Positions 1 through 13,959 of a DNA stretch of 64,000 bases are shown one piece after another (position 1 is the first letter of the stretch; the number at the start of each line of letters is the position of its first letter). The position numbers were made by a program, and so were the translations under genes. The notes below the pieces were generated by a model. It saw only the letters and a program-made list of their open reading frames with translations. It made no database searches and was not told where the DNA came from. The DNA comes from the human T2T-CHM13v2.0 reference genome, Homo sapiens, in assembly GCF_009914755.1 (NCBI RefSeq), contig NC_060937.1; one strand, written 5' to 3'.

Positions 1-2
1 AA

Positions 3-577
<575 letters not shown>

Positions 578-1259
578 AGCACTTCAGGAGTTTTATGAGA
601 CCAGTGCCGCTGGCTCCTAGACTGACCTATTCGATTGTGGAGTGTCACCCCTGGACCCCACCCACAAGCCCTAAGAGCTTAAAAGTCTATGGGACAAGGT
701 TGGTTCTGACATAACTCACGGTTAGCAGCTGGGTCCCTTGAAGGGGAGCAGGAAGTAAGGAAGTTTCAGTGGCCAAGTGCGGTGACCACCTGCCTGTGCC
801 AGGCCCCAGTGACGGGGTGGAGGGGTCAGTGCACTGCACCCTGGGATGCCAGGTGGACACGGGTTCCTAGTCATGCTTTCACTCTCCCCTGGGCCTGTCG
901 CAGGTGTGTTCTTTCCGAGCCTCCCCTCCTTCCTTTTGCCGTAACTCTGGCGATGGCCAACAGTGCGGGGAGGGCAGGATAACTGCAGCCAGGGTACCCA
1001 GCCAGGAGGAGCTGGGGACGCTAGGGTAGAACAGGTCTGGTGTGGGAACAGAAAGGACAAAGGCAGGGAGCAGCAGTAGTCAGCCAAACCACGAAGTGGC
1101 AGCAAGTCCTGGCCAGGTGGATGGGGCGGGGGCTGGCAGGAATGCCACGGTGGGTCAGGTAATGTGTACAAATGCCCAGGCAGGGACACCCATGGGGACT
1201 TCCTCTGGGAGCAGGTGAGGGGCTGGCCAGTAGTGGGGAAAGTGGGCTAGGTGGCTAAG

Positions 1260-1400
1260 GCACAGCCTAGGCAGCAGTCTGCTGGGTGACCTTGGGCAAA
1301 GGACTTAATCTCCTTGGGCCTCAGTTTCCTTGTCTGTCAAAAAGGATGGCCCTGTCCTTCCCCACATGCTTGGGCTTATGATGTGGATGAGGTGATGAGA
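1260..1400 (+). mobile_element. MIR
   Basis: Core tgaccttgggcaaaggacttaatctccttgggcctcagtttcc. Confidence 0.7.
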
Positions 1401-1959
1401 ATCTCAAGGGCCTGGGCTCCAGGCAGGTTGCCAACTCAATATAATATGATGAAGACCCAGTTCTCAGACTAAGATGCTGGGCGTGGCTTGCATCTGGAAA
1501 GTTCTAAGGTCAGAACTAGGCCTCAAGGTGGGGCTGAAAAGGCAGCAGAAGCTGTCGCAGAGGACCTGAGAGTCAGGCTGGCGCAGGGGTCCCCCAGGGG
1601 TGGGTGGAGATGGTTCCGCAAGGTGCTTAAGTGAGAAGCAAAATGAATGTTGAGAAATGCCTCATGACATAGCCCCTTCTTGGAGAGTTAGAAAGCATCG
1701 ACCGTATTAGTAGTTTTGAGAACTCCTGCTGTTAAGACACCTCTTTAATCCCAGTGATTCTCATACCGACCTTTCCCCCTTTTCCAAATACCTGGGAACT
1801 ATATACGCTAGAAACGTTTGGGTTTCAAATCTCTCAGAAGTCCTTCTTTCTCTCTTTGGGATTGGTCTTAGGGTGGGGGCTGTGGCAGAGGATTCTCCCC
1901 AGCCACAGGGATTGATGAAGGAACATAGCATAGGAACCTGGCCGGGCCTCATGCTATTT

Positions 1960-2245
1960 TATTTTTCTTTTTTAAGAGAATAAACTTTTGATTTTGGAAT
2001 AGTCATTAATTTATGGGGAAGTTGTGGAGATAGCCCAGAGAGTTCTCTGTACCTTCATCCAGCTCCCCCTAATGTTAACGTCTCACACAACCAGAGCGCA
2101 TTTGTCAAAGCTAAGAAATTAACACTGGCCCAGTATGGTTAACTCTCCACAGACTTTATTCAGAGTGTGCTTTATTCAGTTTTTCCACTCTGTCCTTTTT
2201 CTGTTCCAGGAACAAATCCAGGATATCACATTGCAGTTAGCTTGC
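1960..2245 (-). mobile_element. Old L1 (L1MC/ME) 3' fragment
   Basis: cccctaatgttaac...tttgtcaaagctaagaaattaacactgg...ctgttccagga motifs. Confidence 0.6.
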
Positions 2246-3624
2246 TTTTCTTTTTCCTTCCGTATTCCTTTTACCCTCAGTCTGTTTGGTTGTTGTTGTT
2301 TTAGCTTCCTCCTCTCGTACTTCGTGTCTGAGGCCTGGAGAGCAAGGTGAGGGGGACGGTGAGGTGAGCACAGGAATCCTCTGCACCAGGACAGACACCG
2401 TGATGCCTTCTATGAGGTGAGTGGTGGCTGCAGGGAGAAGCCCGCATTGTGGCCAGATGGAGAGGGAGTTCGGGACACCATCACCAGTCATGAGCAGGCT
2501 GAGGAGGCTACAGGCCAACTGGCTGAGAGAGCAGACTCTGCATCTGGTGGGTAACTAAATGGGCTGGTGGAGAAATCCATGAAGCTTGAGGGGCCTGCCA
2601 TGTCTACAGCTGCTTTCTGAGGAAAGTAGCCCCAATTGTTCGCCATCTCAATCACAGGTGCAGGTGGGGTTTGTTAGTGTCAGTACCTTAGCATGTTAGC
2701 AGAACCCAGCCCTGCTACCTGAGACCCAGATGGTTCCATCAGGCGTCACAATGTGGGTCAAGGCAATGGGCCAGGTGAGGGGGCACTCAGGCACCAGGGT
2801 GGCTTGGCAAGACTGCTGCTCAGAGGTGCCCCATGGTGATGGAAACAAGCCAGTCAATCCTAGCTCTCCCTACATGAAGGGCAGGCTGTGTAAGCTCCGG
2901 GACTATCTGCAGTACCAGGAAGAGACACTCCTGGGTCTCTCTGAAGCCCACTCCATGCACCAGTGGAGCAGACAATTTCGCACCTACCCACCATGGATTT
3001 ATCCCCTTCTTTGCCAGCACAGCCCTGATTTAGTTCTGGTCTCTACCCTTTGCCCAACAGCCAAATGCTTCAGGAAGGCTGGCTTTGAGGGGCAAGTGCC
3101 AGTTGGTGTGCAAACTCATCAAAGAGCTCTGATACTGCCTGCCAGTAGTTGCTTTAAGCATGGACATGTGTATAATTCTGGCCAACAAGCCAGATGTGAG
3201 GGGAAGTCCCCTAGTGTGTAGGGGGCAGGAGAGAGGGATAGGTGTTCTGAGAAAGGTTTCCTCACTCTCAACAAGCGACACAAAGATGAAATGGCTCCTT
3301 TTCCTGAGTCTTGGCAATGGTATGCCCAGATGTGACACCTGGAACGTTGGTAGCCATCTTGTGACTGAGAGAGCAGTGAGATGAGCAGAAGGGAATGATG
3401 GGAAGAACCAAGGTCCTCTCCATGTCACTGAGTCACCCAAAAAAACCAAGCTTGGAGCCTGCTGCCTTTGGACTTCTTGTTGTGTGTAAGCCAGTTGATG
3501 TAGGCTTTTCTTGTAACTTGAGATCATGGAATCACCCACTACCAGATCTGTGACCTGAGGGACTGCACCCCATGAGGCTGTCCCAGTTCTCCCTCTTGGT
3601 CCTGTGAATTCATGCCTGAGATCT

Positions 3625-3997
3625 CTGGATTAGTTCCCTGTTAATCTGCCAATAATTTAGTGGTTTAAACCAATGCAAATTTATTCTTTTACCATTCTGG
3701 AGGTCAGAAGTTTAAAATCAAGGTGTTGGCAAGGCCACGTTCCTTCTGAAGTCTTCTGGAGAATCCTGTTTCTTGTCTATTCCAGCTTCTAGAGCCCCCC
3801 ACCATTCTTTTCCCCTCTTGTAAGGACCCTTGTGATTCCACTGGGCTCACCTAGATCATCTAGGATCATCTTCTTATCTCAAGATCCGTAACACAATCCC
3901 ATCTGCAAAGTCCCCTTTACCGTGTAAGGCAGCATATTCACAGGTTCTAGGGATTAGGGTATGGATATCTGAGGGAGGGAATTATTCAGCCTAACAG
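3625..3997 (-). mobile_element. MLT1 (MaLR) LTR
   Basis: tttattct...ctggaggtcagaag...catctgcaaagtccc...attcacaggttctagggattagg motifs. Confidence 0.75.
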
Positions 3998-4186
3998 CCT
4001 CCCTCACCCAAAGTGATCCATGTGTCCCTCTCCTGGTTCTTTGGAGGCTGGTGGTTCCTGTGGCTTCCTCTCCATGGCACCACTTGCATGGACCCCAGCC
4101 TGACAGCCCACCTAGTGTTTCCCACCAATCAACTATGGAGGCTCTGCTTGGGCCTAGTGTCTATTCCTCGTGGGAGAGGAGAGCCT

Positions 4187-4221
4187 GGGGAGAGGGGGGG
4201 AGAGAGAGAGAGAGAGAGAGA
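4187..4221. repeat. (GA)n microsatellite
   Basis: Directly visible. Confidence 0.9.
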
Positions 4222-7094
4222 CTGTGGATACAGAATGAACTGTAGCTACTTCAAAGTGGAGAGAAATAGTGGCCTTGTGTTTTCTCAATAGCAGCGAAGC
4301 TGAAAAAGATGTCAGAGGTCTACCAGATGGTTTCAGTGAAGTTCAGTGTGTCCTTATGTACTCACTGCTTTGGGGATCCTCCTCAACATCAGAGTCCCTG
4401 CAACTCTGACTAGATCTGGGTGCATCTATCAGGGCATATGAGGATCAGAGTTGGACTTGAAAACCAATAGGCCACTGATCTGTCTCTCCTCCATTCTGGA
4501 CATTGGCTAGATTTGTGTGGGTAGAATTCAGAGTTGCAGGGTCAGCTTTTGGGAGCTTTCCAGCCACTTTTCTCCTTTATGCCACATGCTGGGCTTCAGG
4601 CTGGGCCAAAGAGGCCCATATATGGAACCTGGATGCATTCTGCACACCACAGACCGCATCTCTGTGTGACCTTCCGCGTTCTGCCTTTGCATTGGATGTG
4701 AAGTAGGGTCACCTTGACTGTAGAAGGAGGGGTTGGGGCCAGGCTCTAAAGCCCTGCAGCTCTCCAACATTACAGCTTGTGTATGGGACATTGAAGAGAA
4801 ATTTTTGGTGTCAAAAACAATGAGGACAGAGCATTCTTGGGGCTTTCATCATCATCCCCAACTCCAGAAAGGGTTGTGGTGGAGATAGTGGACTGAGTTG
4901 GCTTTGGGTGACCATCTCCCACAGCCTGGCCTAGGATGTGTTGTTCTGGCCTCTGAGGCATCAGAGCACCTCATGATGGCTCCAACTTGCTCCCACCCCA
5001 TCACCCCTGCCATCTGTTCCCATGGGTGGGAAGACGTCCTAGCTTTGGAGCAGGCCAGCCCCATCAGGAGAAGCCAATCCGTGATGCAAGAGATGATAAA
5101 CAGAGCAACACAAATCTTGTTTGGAGAGTAAGCCACTCCTTAGAAAGCAGAGCTAAGACATCCTTTTGTTGTCTAGATTCTAGGGATGATAACTTCTCAC
5201 TCTTCCCCTTGATGAGTCCTTAGAGAACTGTAAACTTCCAAAGAATGCTTTGTTTAATGGGTTGAAAGAGGAAGAACTGAAAGGAGGAAATGGGGGCCTT
5301 TGTCCTCTAAAGAGTAAGCAGTGTGGATGATGACATCAACGGCCAATGTGGACGTGTCACCAGCACTGGCACCAGCAGCCCTGAGTTGGCACAATCTGGC
5401 TTCATGTGAATTCTTCTGCCACATTGGGAGTCCCTCTTGCCCTCGCTTGGCCTCACTTTTCCTAGGGAGATTACAAAACCTATGTACTTACCTGAAGGAA
5501 GTTGTGTTACATCCATGGGATAAGACGCCGGACTAGAGGGCTCCTTGGAAAAGATGGCGGATCTGAGAACCCAGTGCTCACAGGAGTAGGTGAAGCAGTC
5601 TATTGCTGTGTAGCTCTTGCTGCCTCTGACCTCCAAAGTCAGCATGAGTCTCCTCAGCAGACCACATGTGTAATTAGCATAGGGAGGCTTCTGGGAAGGC
5701 ACCAGGCTTCTCAGACATAGCCATACGTGAAGGAAAAGACCCACAATCTGGAGGCCCAGGGGATGGAGGAGGAGGCTCTTGGCATTGGGTTTGGGCATTT
5801 GTCAGGGTCGTGGTTAGAAATCCCTCCTGGGCTTGTCTGCTCAGCGGTTTTGGGTGTCTGTGCCAAGGGTGGCTGGGGGGCCCATCGAGGAGTCCCCAGA
5901 TCTGCGGGGTCTGATTCATCCTGTGTCAGCCCAGGGCGATGACAGATTGGTCCGATTTGGGGCAGAGAATTGCAAACCAGTGTTAACGAGAGACAAGCCT
6001 CTCCTAGATGGCTTTGGGGAACTTCTCAGCATGTGCTCCTCCTAAGCTCTTTGTCTCCTTTCCCATACTCAGCAGCAAGGCAGCCCACAGGCTCCAAGCA
6101 GTCCCTGGGGAAGCGGGGTGGTGGTGAGGCAGAGATGGTTTTCTACGGAGCCAGGATACAGTGGGGAGCAGGCACGCACATCCTCATGGGGATGTTCCAG
6201 TAACTAGCTAGAAAGGTGGCCAATTTCTTGAGATCTGAAAGGTATCAGGGTTCAGAGTGTGACTACTGGGAGGCCATTCTGCCCACACTGGCCATTGGCC
6301 AGGGCCACTGGGTACTTGATATAGCCAAGAGAAGCAGACATTGGGGGTAAGATGGCATAAAGGAATCCCCTCGTTAGCCAAGAAAATGCAAGATCCTTTT
6401 ATCAGTCAGGGTTTATAGCTGCAAGCAAAAGCAACTGCCCCTGGCTGGTGAAGCAGAGACATTTTATTAACAACAGTGGGCAGCTCATAGTGTCCCTTGA
6501 GCCCTGGGGCACGTGGATTGGAAGTCGCACAGCCAGGTAGAGCACCCTAACTTCTGCCACTGAACCCATCTGGGAAAGACATATTTGCTTTGCTACAGGG
6601 CCCACTGTCAACGCCCCAACCCTGGGTGCTGGCTGGAACAGAGCCCCTGTACCTAGAAACTGGATGTTCTGCCACCAAGATCATCACTGCCCATCACCAG
6701 AACACAAGTTGTGCAGGGAGACCTGCTGCTTCTTGTAAGGGACAGAGCCACGCCACTTACCTTGTCTACCTGCCACAGGGGCTGGAGAAGCCAGTGTCTG
6801 GCACTTTTGATTTCTATAGTGATGGGTGGGTCTCACTGCGGGGGCACAAACATAGAAGGCAATACAGGTTTTTGGTGACTAAACAGATGACAGTTGTCCC
6901 CTACAAGGCATTAGGTTATAGGAACTGACTACAGGGCATCTGACTCTGCTCCTCCTTGGAAATGGCCTTCTTTTGATGCTAGTGTACCAGCCTCACCTCT
7001 GCTGAGGGTGGTGGACACTTAAGCTCAGTCATCTGTTCCTGAATATCAGATGTTCTGTGTAAAAATGCCAACCAGTAAACAATTCCTGCATTTA

Positions 7095-7265
7095 AGTTTT
7101 ATTTTTTCAGCTTTATCGAAGTATAATTGTTTAGATTATAGATTCAATATAAAAAATTGAATCTATACAATAAAATTCAGGGTGTACAATGTGATGATTT
7201 GATGTACATATACATTGTGAAATGATAGCCACAATCAAATCAGTTAACTCATTCATCACCTTAGT

Positions 7266-7320
<55 letters not shown>

Positions 7321-7450
7321 GAAAACATTTAAGGTCTACTCAGCAAATTTCAAGTAAAGAATTACAGTATTATTAACTATAGAGTTAATAATACTGGTGT
7401 TTTGTATTATTAACTCTATAGTTAATAATACTTGCTGTGCATTGGGATCT
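7095..7450 (-). mobile_element. L1MA 3' end containing (TG)n (7270-7318) and an inverted repeat
   Basis: gtgtacaatgtgatgatttgatgtacatatacattgtgaaatgat...tttcaagta motifs. Confidence 0.7.
7366..7432. repeat. Perfect 29-bp inverted repeat with 9-nt spacer
   Basis: agtattattaactatagagttaataatac (7366-7394) is the reverse complement of gtattattaactctatagttaataatact (7404-7432). Confidence 0.95.
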
Positions 7451-7594
7451 GATGTTCCTGTTAGTATAGTTTCCTGTTATTATAAATGGAAAAGGTTATA
7501 AGGCACACATCCACCAATCAACTTCCCAAATGTGATTAGATGTGTTGAAACATCTATATAGGTAATAAACTACCACATTAGGATGTAAAATACT

Positions 7595-7895
<301 letters not shown>

Positions 7896-8820
7896 CGGGA
7901 TGTAAAATACTTAAAACATAGCTTAAAACACTATAGTTGTTAAGGCCTACTTTGTAAGAAGTGACACCGTGATGCCTGTCAGTGCCAACAACTTGGGAAA
8001 ACCTCATCCCCTTTGCTGAGGTTCACCATGCTTTATACAACCTTCTACATGCAGTTCTGGCGTTCTGTTAAGTGTAATTGTAATGTTTCTCAAGACTTTA
8101 TAGATATATTTGTTTAAAATGTAGGGTGTTATGTTTTAGGGATATAAATTTACATTTACCTTAGATAAATTCTGGCCAAAAAATGGCATTGAGAGAGATA
8201 CGTATGTTCCCTGAAATTTGGATATTAAAAACCAAGTGGCATCCTGCAATGGGGATGTTAATCAGGAAGATGTTTTGTGGGGAAGGTCTTGATTTGAAGA
8301 GTATCTCCCAAATGCCAAGGGCTTTCCACATATTAGCACTAATGCCCAGAGTAACCTTAACTCCACTTTATAGGTGGAAATACCAGGGTCTTTCTCAGGG
8401 CCCCACTGGAGCTGGGACTCAAACCCAGGTTTGTTTGACTCCATAATCTTTCCAAGATAAATCCAGTTTCTTGTTTTCTGAGTATAGCTGAACAAAGCTG
8501 AAGTATTCAAGAGAAACTTTACCAAAGTAAGAGAAATCGAAAAAATAGGAGATAATAAAATTACTCAAGAGTATGAGGCATAGTTTTTTTTTAACCTTAC
8601 ATTTCTATTGCTTACCCATCCCATTTAGCACATTGTGTTCCATAATCTGTCTAGGATGGTGGGATGAAAGGGTGTGAGCATTGAAAGCAAACAAATGTGA
8701 GTGTGAAACCTAAAGCTATCAGTGATTAGCTGTGTGTTGGCCACTGGACCCTTCCCGACCTCAGGCTTCTCAGCTTTCAGACACGGATGATAACGTTTTC
8801 ACCAGAAGATTGTGGTGAGG

Positions 8821-9546
8821 GCTTTTTTTTTTTTTTTCTTTCAGGGCGATTGTGTTGGTGGCATATTGGATATTTCTAACATGTATAAAGTTAAGTATTT
8901 TGATTGACTTTCTTTCTATGTATATGTACTTCTCTTCAAATGCCAAGAGCTTTTTCTTGCTATCATTGCCTTTTGAAACAATTCAATTTTCAAGTCTACT
9001 GTTGATTGTTATGTTAAAGATTGAGTCACTGATATTCAAGATTTAAGTCTGAAACAGTCAAAATGAACCCTCAAAAAAAAAAAAAAACTGCTTATTGGAA
9101 ATCATTACTGTGGAAATGAACTTTATTTGCCATTATGAATAATATCCAATATAAGAATATGCTTCTGGAATTCAGTACTGCTTTTAAGTACCAATGATAC
9201 TTATTTTTCAAAAATGTAATGGCATGTTATTGCTTTGAAATGCTTGCTTTCATGTTATCTTAAAATGCGCTGGTGAATTCTCCATTTTTGACATCCATTT
9301 CACACGTAAAAGACAAAAAAAAAAATCTAGGTTGGCCTTAATATTGGGATGATAAAAGGTAGGTAGCATTAAGAAAATAAAACAATCTTCATGTTAGAGA
9401 TGAACCCATTAAAACAATTTAGGAAATGAGGGGCAAAATGGAAGAAATAATATTCCAAAGAACATGAGCATAAAAATGAATGCATTTCAATGTTTAAGAA
9501 GGCTTGATACAAAAAGAATGTCACTTTTTGATTTAACTGAAAACAA
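8821..9546. other. TSD-flanked non-repeat insert within a MIR (probable retrocopy)
   Basis: aagattgtggtgagg at 8806-8820 and 9547-9561. MIR sequence lies on both sides (…gtgaggattaaatga). Poly(T) at the left end. Confidence 0.7.
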
Positions 9547-9691
9547 AAGATTGTGGTGAGGATTAAATGACAATAGTGGACATAAAGTCATGTAGATTTG
9601 TGGTTCAAGATGTAGACTGAAGACACTTGTTTACTTCTCCTTCCGCCCAGGATGCCACAGAAATTACAGACAAGCTGTTAAAAAATAATAA

Positions 9692-9812
9692 GGCACTCAT
9701 TCTCTCTCCTGCTGCCCTGTGAAGAGATGCCTTCTGCCATGATTGTAGGTTTCCTGAGGTCTGCCCAGCCATGCGGAACTGAGTCAATTAAACCTCTTTT
9801 CTTTATAAATTA
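9692..9812 (+). mobile_element. THE1 (MaLR) LTR fragment
   Basis: ccatgattgtaggtttcctgagg...cagccatgcggaactgagtcaattaaacctcttttctttataaatta. Confidence 0.8.
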
Positions 9813-9839
9813 AATAATAACAACAATAAATCCATAATT

Positions 9840-9978
9840 TACCAGGCATGGTGGCACATTTCTGTGGTCCCAGCCACTCAGGAAGCTAAGGTGTGAGGAG
9901 TACTTCAGCCTAGAAATTTGAGACAAACCTGGTCAACAGAGCAAGACCTTGTTTTATTAAAAAAAAAAAAAAAAAAAA
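9840..9978 (+). mobile_element. Alu monomer (FLAM/FRAM-like)
   Basis: Single-arm Alu with A-tail. Confidence 0.75.
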
Positions 9979-10149
9979 GTCGTAACTGCTGGAAGAACAT
10001 CAGACCCCAGAATTGAGGAAGTTACTGAAGGATGGATTGAGGATGGTACTGGAGTGGTATAGAAAGTGGACTCGAGTTTCTCATTTCCTTTCATCGCCAT
10101 ATTTCTTGTGGGTTATTCAGATTTGTACTTCTTCGCCCTGTGTTGACTC

Positions 10150-10590
10150 TGGGAACCACTACAATCTGGCTTTTTCTACCATGATTCCATTGAAACCGTT
10201 CTTATGAAAGTGTCTCATGACCTCCCCCTTGCTAAGTCCAGCATCCGGAGGTCATATCACTGTCAGTATCTTAGGCAACCTGTTAGCAATATTTGTGATA
10301 GTTTTCCACTTCTCGAAACCTTGTCTTTTCTTCATTTCCATGACACCTCAGCCCTCTGGTTTCCTTCCACCTCAGTGGTGGCTCCTGCTGTCTTCTTGGC
10401 TGGCTTTGCTCTCTCTGGCTGATCTCTGAACATCCCTGTTCCCTGGTCCTGGCCCCTTTTTCATCATCTTCAATATTCTTGATGAGCTCCTCCATTCTCA
10501 CAGCTTTCAACACTATGTCTCGATGGCTCCTGCAGTTCTGTCTCTAGTCTAGTTCTCTCCTTGGAGCTCTAGACTTGTATACTCAACTGC
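10150..10590. mobile_element. L2 fragment
   Basis: gacctccccttgctaagtcc...ccatgacacc...ctctagacttgtatactcaactgc motifs. Confidence 0.6.
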
Positions 10591-10619
10591 ATTAAAAGCA
10601 AAACAACAACAAAACTTTT

Positions 10620-10762
10620 GAGCTGGATGTAGTGGCCCATGTCTGTGGTCCCAGCTACTCAGGAGGCCAAGGCAGGAGGACTGATTAAGCCCAGGAGTTC
10701 AAGACCAGCCTGGGCAACATAGTAAAACACTGTCTCAGAAAACAAAAACAAAAACAACAACA
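10620..10762 (+). mobile_element. FLAM-type Alu monomer
   Basis: gcccaggagttcaagaccagcctgggcaacatag with an A/C-rich tail. Confidence 0.8.
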
Positions 10763-10764
10763 AC

Positions 10765-12340
10765 CTTTTTTAAAATAATTTTTTTTTCAAACTTATACAA
10801 AGCTTACAAAAATAAAAATAGCACAGAAAACACCTGCATACGCTTTACCCAGATTTACCCAAAATTAACATTCACTCCATTTGCCTTATTTTTTTCTTAC
10901 TGTGTGTTCCTCTATGTGTATGTATATCTATAACACACACATATATAATATGTAATGTTATGCATATGTGTGTGTGTGTATGTGTGTATTTTTTTTCCTG
11001 GAACCATTTGAAGGCATAGCCCTTTACTTCTAAACACTTCAGTTTTCTTAGGGATAAAAGGTTTTCTCTTACCTAACCACAGTGCAGTTATCAACTTCCG
11101 AAAATTTAACATTGCTACCATGCTTTATCTTTTTTTGGTTGAACTTTTAATTTTTTTAATTTTAAATTTTTATAATTTTAATTTTTTATTTCCGTAGGTG
11201 TTCGGGGAACAGGTGGTGTTTGGTTACATGGATGCATTCTTCAGCGGTGGTTTCTGAGCCATGCTTTATCTTGTCTACCATTCACATTGCAATTTTTGTC
11301 AGTTAACCCAAAAATATCCTTTATGGCTTATTTAGAAAACTATAGTACAGGATCTAGACTAGAGTCAGATATTGCATTTAATTGTGATGTCTCTTTGGCC
11401 TCTAATCTGGAGCACTTCCACAGCCTTTCTTTGTCATTTATGACATTGACATCTTTTAAAAAACTGAGCACAATTTTATTGAATCCTTATAGTCCCTGCC
11501 CCCACCCCATGAGGTCAGAACTATTATTATTCTCATTGTACATGCAGGGAAACTGAAACATACAGAGAGTAAGAAACTTGCCTGACATCACAATTAGTAA
11601 AGTTCAGAGCTAGGATTCAAACCTGTGCTGTTGGAATCTATACCCATCAACTTGACTATCTTAGAGCTGCTTACTTTCAGTACCTTCATAACACAAAAAT
11701 ACCCTTACTAATGTTTTTACTGTATATTACACTGCACATTAACATTTTTGAAAAATACAGTTCCCTCTCATTTAAAAAAAATTTTAAATAGGACTTCATT
11801 TTGGTTTTGCCTGATGTTTTCTCAAGATTAGGTTCAGGTTGTTTGTGCCCTGCTGGAATAGGACTTGGTTAGGTGTGTGCTTCTCAGGCCATCACAGCTG
11901 GAGGCACACAGCATCCGCCCATGCCTCATTGGCGATGGTAATTTTGATCACCTTGTCAAAGTGCTGTTTGATTTCTCCCCTGTATAATCACTGGTTCTTC
12001 CCTCTCTCTTCCTTGTAAATAACATATGGTCTGTGGGGAGACACTTTAAGACCAGACAAATATCCTGTTCCTCATCAAAATTTACCTCTAAATTTAGCAT
12101 CTACTGATGATTTGTCCCTGACCCAACCTTTACTAGGATGGTTGGAACATGGTGCTTTTCCGACTCCAACCATCACTCCCCCAACACTGACCTGTCAACC
12201 CTCTGGATTGTGCTGGAAGTAAGACCTTCCTTTTCCCTACCCATGTACTTTCTCATCTATTGATTATCAGTATGGGCTCATGACTTTCTCCTTTAATGGT
12301 TAGTAACTTTGTACTGTACTTATTAGGTGCTGAGATTGCA
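10765..12340 (-). mobile_element. Old L1MC/ME region with a nested MIR (~11490-11640) and a tiny L1PB 3' end (11132-11258)
   Basis: Degenerate L1 3' UTR motifs. The L1PB piece is flanked by TSD ccatgctttatctt (11118-11131, 11259-11272). Confidence 0.55.
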
Positions 12341-12636
12341 TTTTCGTCTTCTCTTGGCTGTCTCACGGACAATTCAAACCTAACCTGTCCAGAGCAGAAC
12401 TCTTGATTTCCCACCCCAAACTAATCTCCCTCCTGACCTTAGTCTTTCCCATCCTGGGAAGTCATCATCATCCACCCAGTGGCTCAAGCCAGAGACCTGG
12501 GTGTCATCCCTGAGTCATCCCTTTCCCTCAGACCCTCAACTAATTTGTAAGCAAGTTCTCTTCTGGAATTCAATTTTGTTAAAAACGTTAATGAGCTAAA
12601 TGGACAGAGCTGAAGATTGAATTAGTGGGCTGGAGG

Positions 12637-12775
12637 AGTGCTTTTCAAATTTTGTTGCATATTGGAATCACCTGGGGAGATTTTAAAGCTCCCAGTGTCT
12701 AGGTTGCATACTATATAAATTAATCAGACTTTCTGGGGGTGGGTCCAGACAACATCAGTTTTTAAAGCTCTCTCA
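12637..12775. mobile_element. MER5-type hAT-Charlie element
   Basis: gcatattggaatcacctggggag...aatcagactttctgggggtggg...tttttaaagctc. Confidence 0.7.
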
Positions 12776-13239
12776 AGTTTGAGTAAAAGAGGTTTCCCAG
12801 AAGGAGAGGCAAAAGGAAAAATAAAATATATAGTTGAGGGATCTGTTTGACAGATTTAGAACTTTCTATACCCATAGGAGATCCAATATATATCCTGACA
12901 CCAACAGAATTTTTTCATGCTATTTGTAAAACAGACCCTTGACTTCCTAAGGAAAAGAGAGTGTATAAGAATATTTGAAGTCAAAGGGAGGCTAGTTTCC
13001 AGTTCTCAGATGTCAGAGTAGAGGTTCTGTTGAAACTTTCTTCTCAGTATGAGCCCCCAGACAACAAGGAGAATAAGAAACAGAAATGTAAACTCAATCT
13101 TTGATTAAACTAGGAAACATCTGAGGCCCAGCACCACATTTGAGGAAGGGCTGCCCAGTGAAGAGAAGGTCAACAATGTGGAGTGAGGATGCTGAAGATG
13201 CTGTGGCTGCAGCAATCTGCTCCATTCAGCAGAGAGTGC

Positions 13240-13690
13240 TTCTGCAAAGTGAGAGGTTCACTGGGTCCCAAACCAGCAAGAACTTACCTGAAACTGAGGT
13301 AGGAGGGAGGCAGGACCCCGACCCAGGTTGAAGACTGGACAAAGCTGGGAAAAGGTGCCAAAAGCATGGGTCTTTAAGACACACCCACCAGTGCCATGCC
13401 AGTTTACCATCGCCATGGCGACACCCAGAAATTACCACCCCTTGCCACTGTCAACACTTGGAACTTACCACCCATTTTCTAGCTAATTCTGAATAGCCTG
13501 CCCCTTAATTAGCATATTATGAAAGTGGGTCTAACTGCTGCCCTGGCTGCTACTCTCAGCACACTGCCTCCCTGCTCTGAAGGAGCACTCACGGAGCTGT
13601 AACCCTGCTTGCCTCGATAAAACTGCCCTCTACCACCGGGTAGCTCTTGAATTCCTCCCTGGGTGAAGCCAAGAACCTACCCTGCATTGA
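13240..13690 (+). mobile_element. ERV1 LTR (MER41/MER50-like)
   Basis: caccagtgccatgccagtttaccatcgccatggcgacacccagaaattaccacc...ttgaattcctccctgggtgaagccaagaacc. Confidence 0.6.
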
Positions 13691-13959
13691 AACTATGAGA
13701 ACAGGGTACCAGGACCAAGGGCAATAACTTCCCTAGACCTATTTCCTCTAGGAGAGGCTGTGCTGAAAGACAGAATCTTAGGTAAACTATCTCTGCAGGA
13801 GACATTCTGAGGATGAGGCAGATGGAAGACAGGGACTGAATGATAAGAACCCCTGTAGTTGCCAACCTCTTTTGAGTGGGGAGAAAACAACATATTTCTT
13901 GTTTCTGTCCTTTCTACTCCCAACCTCTCACCTTCCCACCATACCCCCTCCACCCCAAC

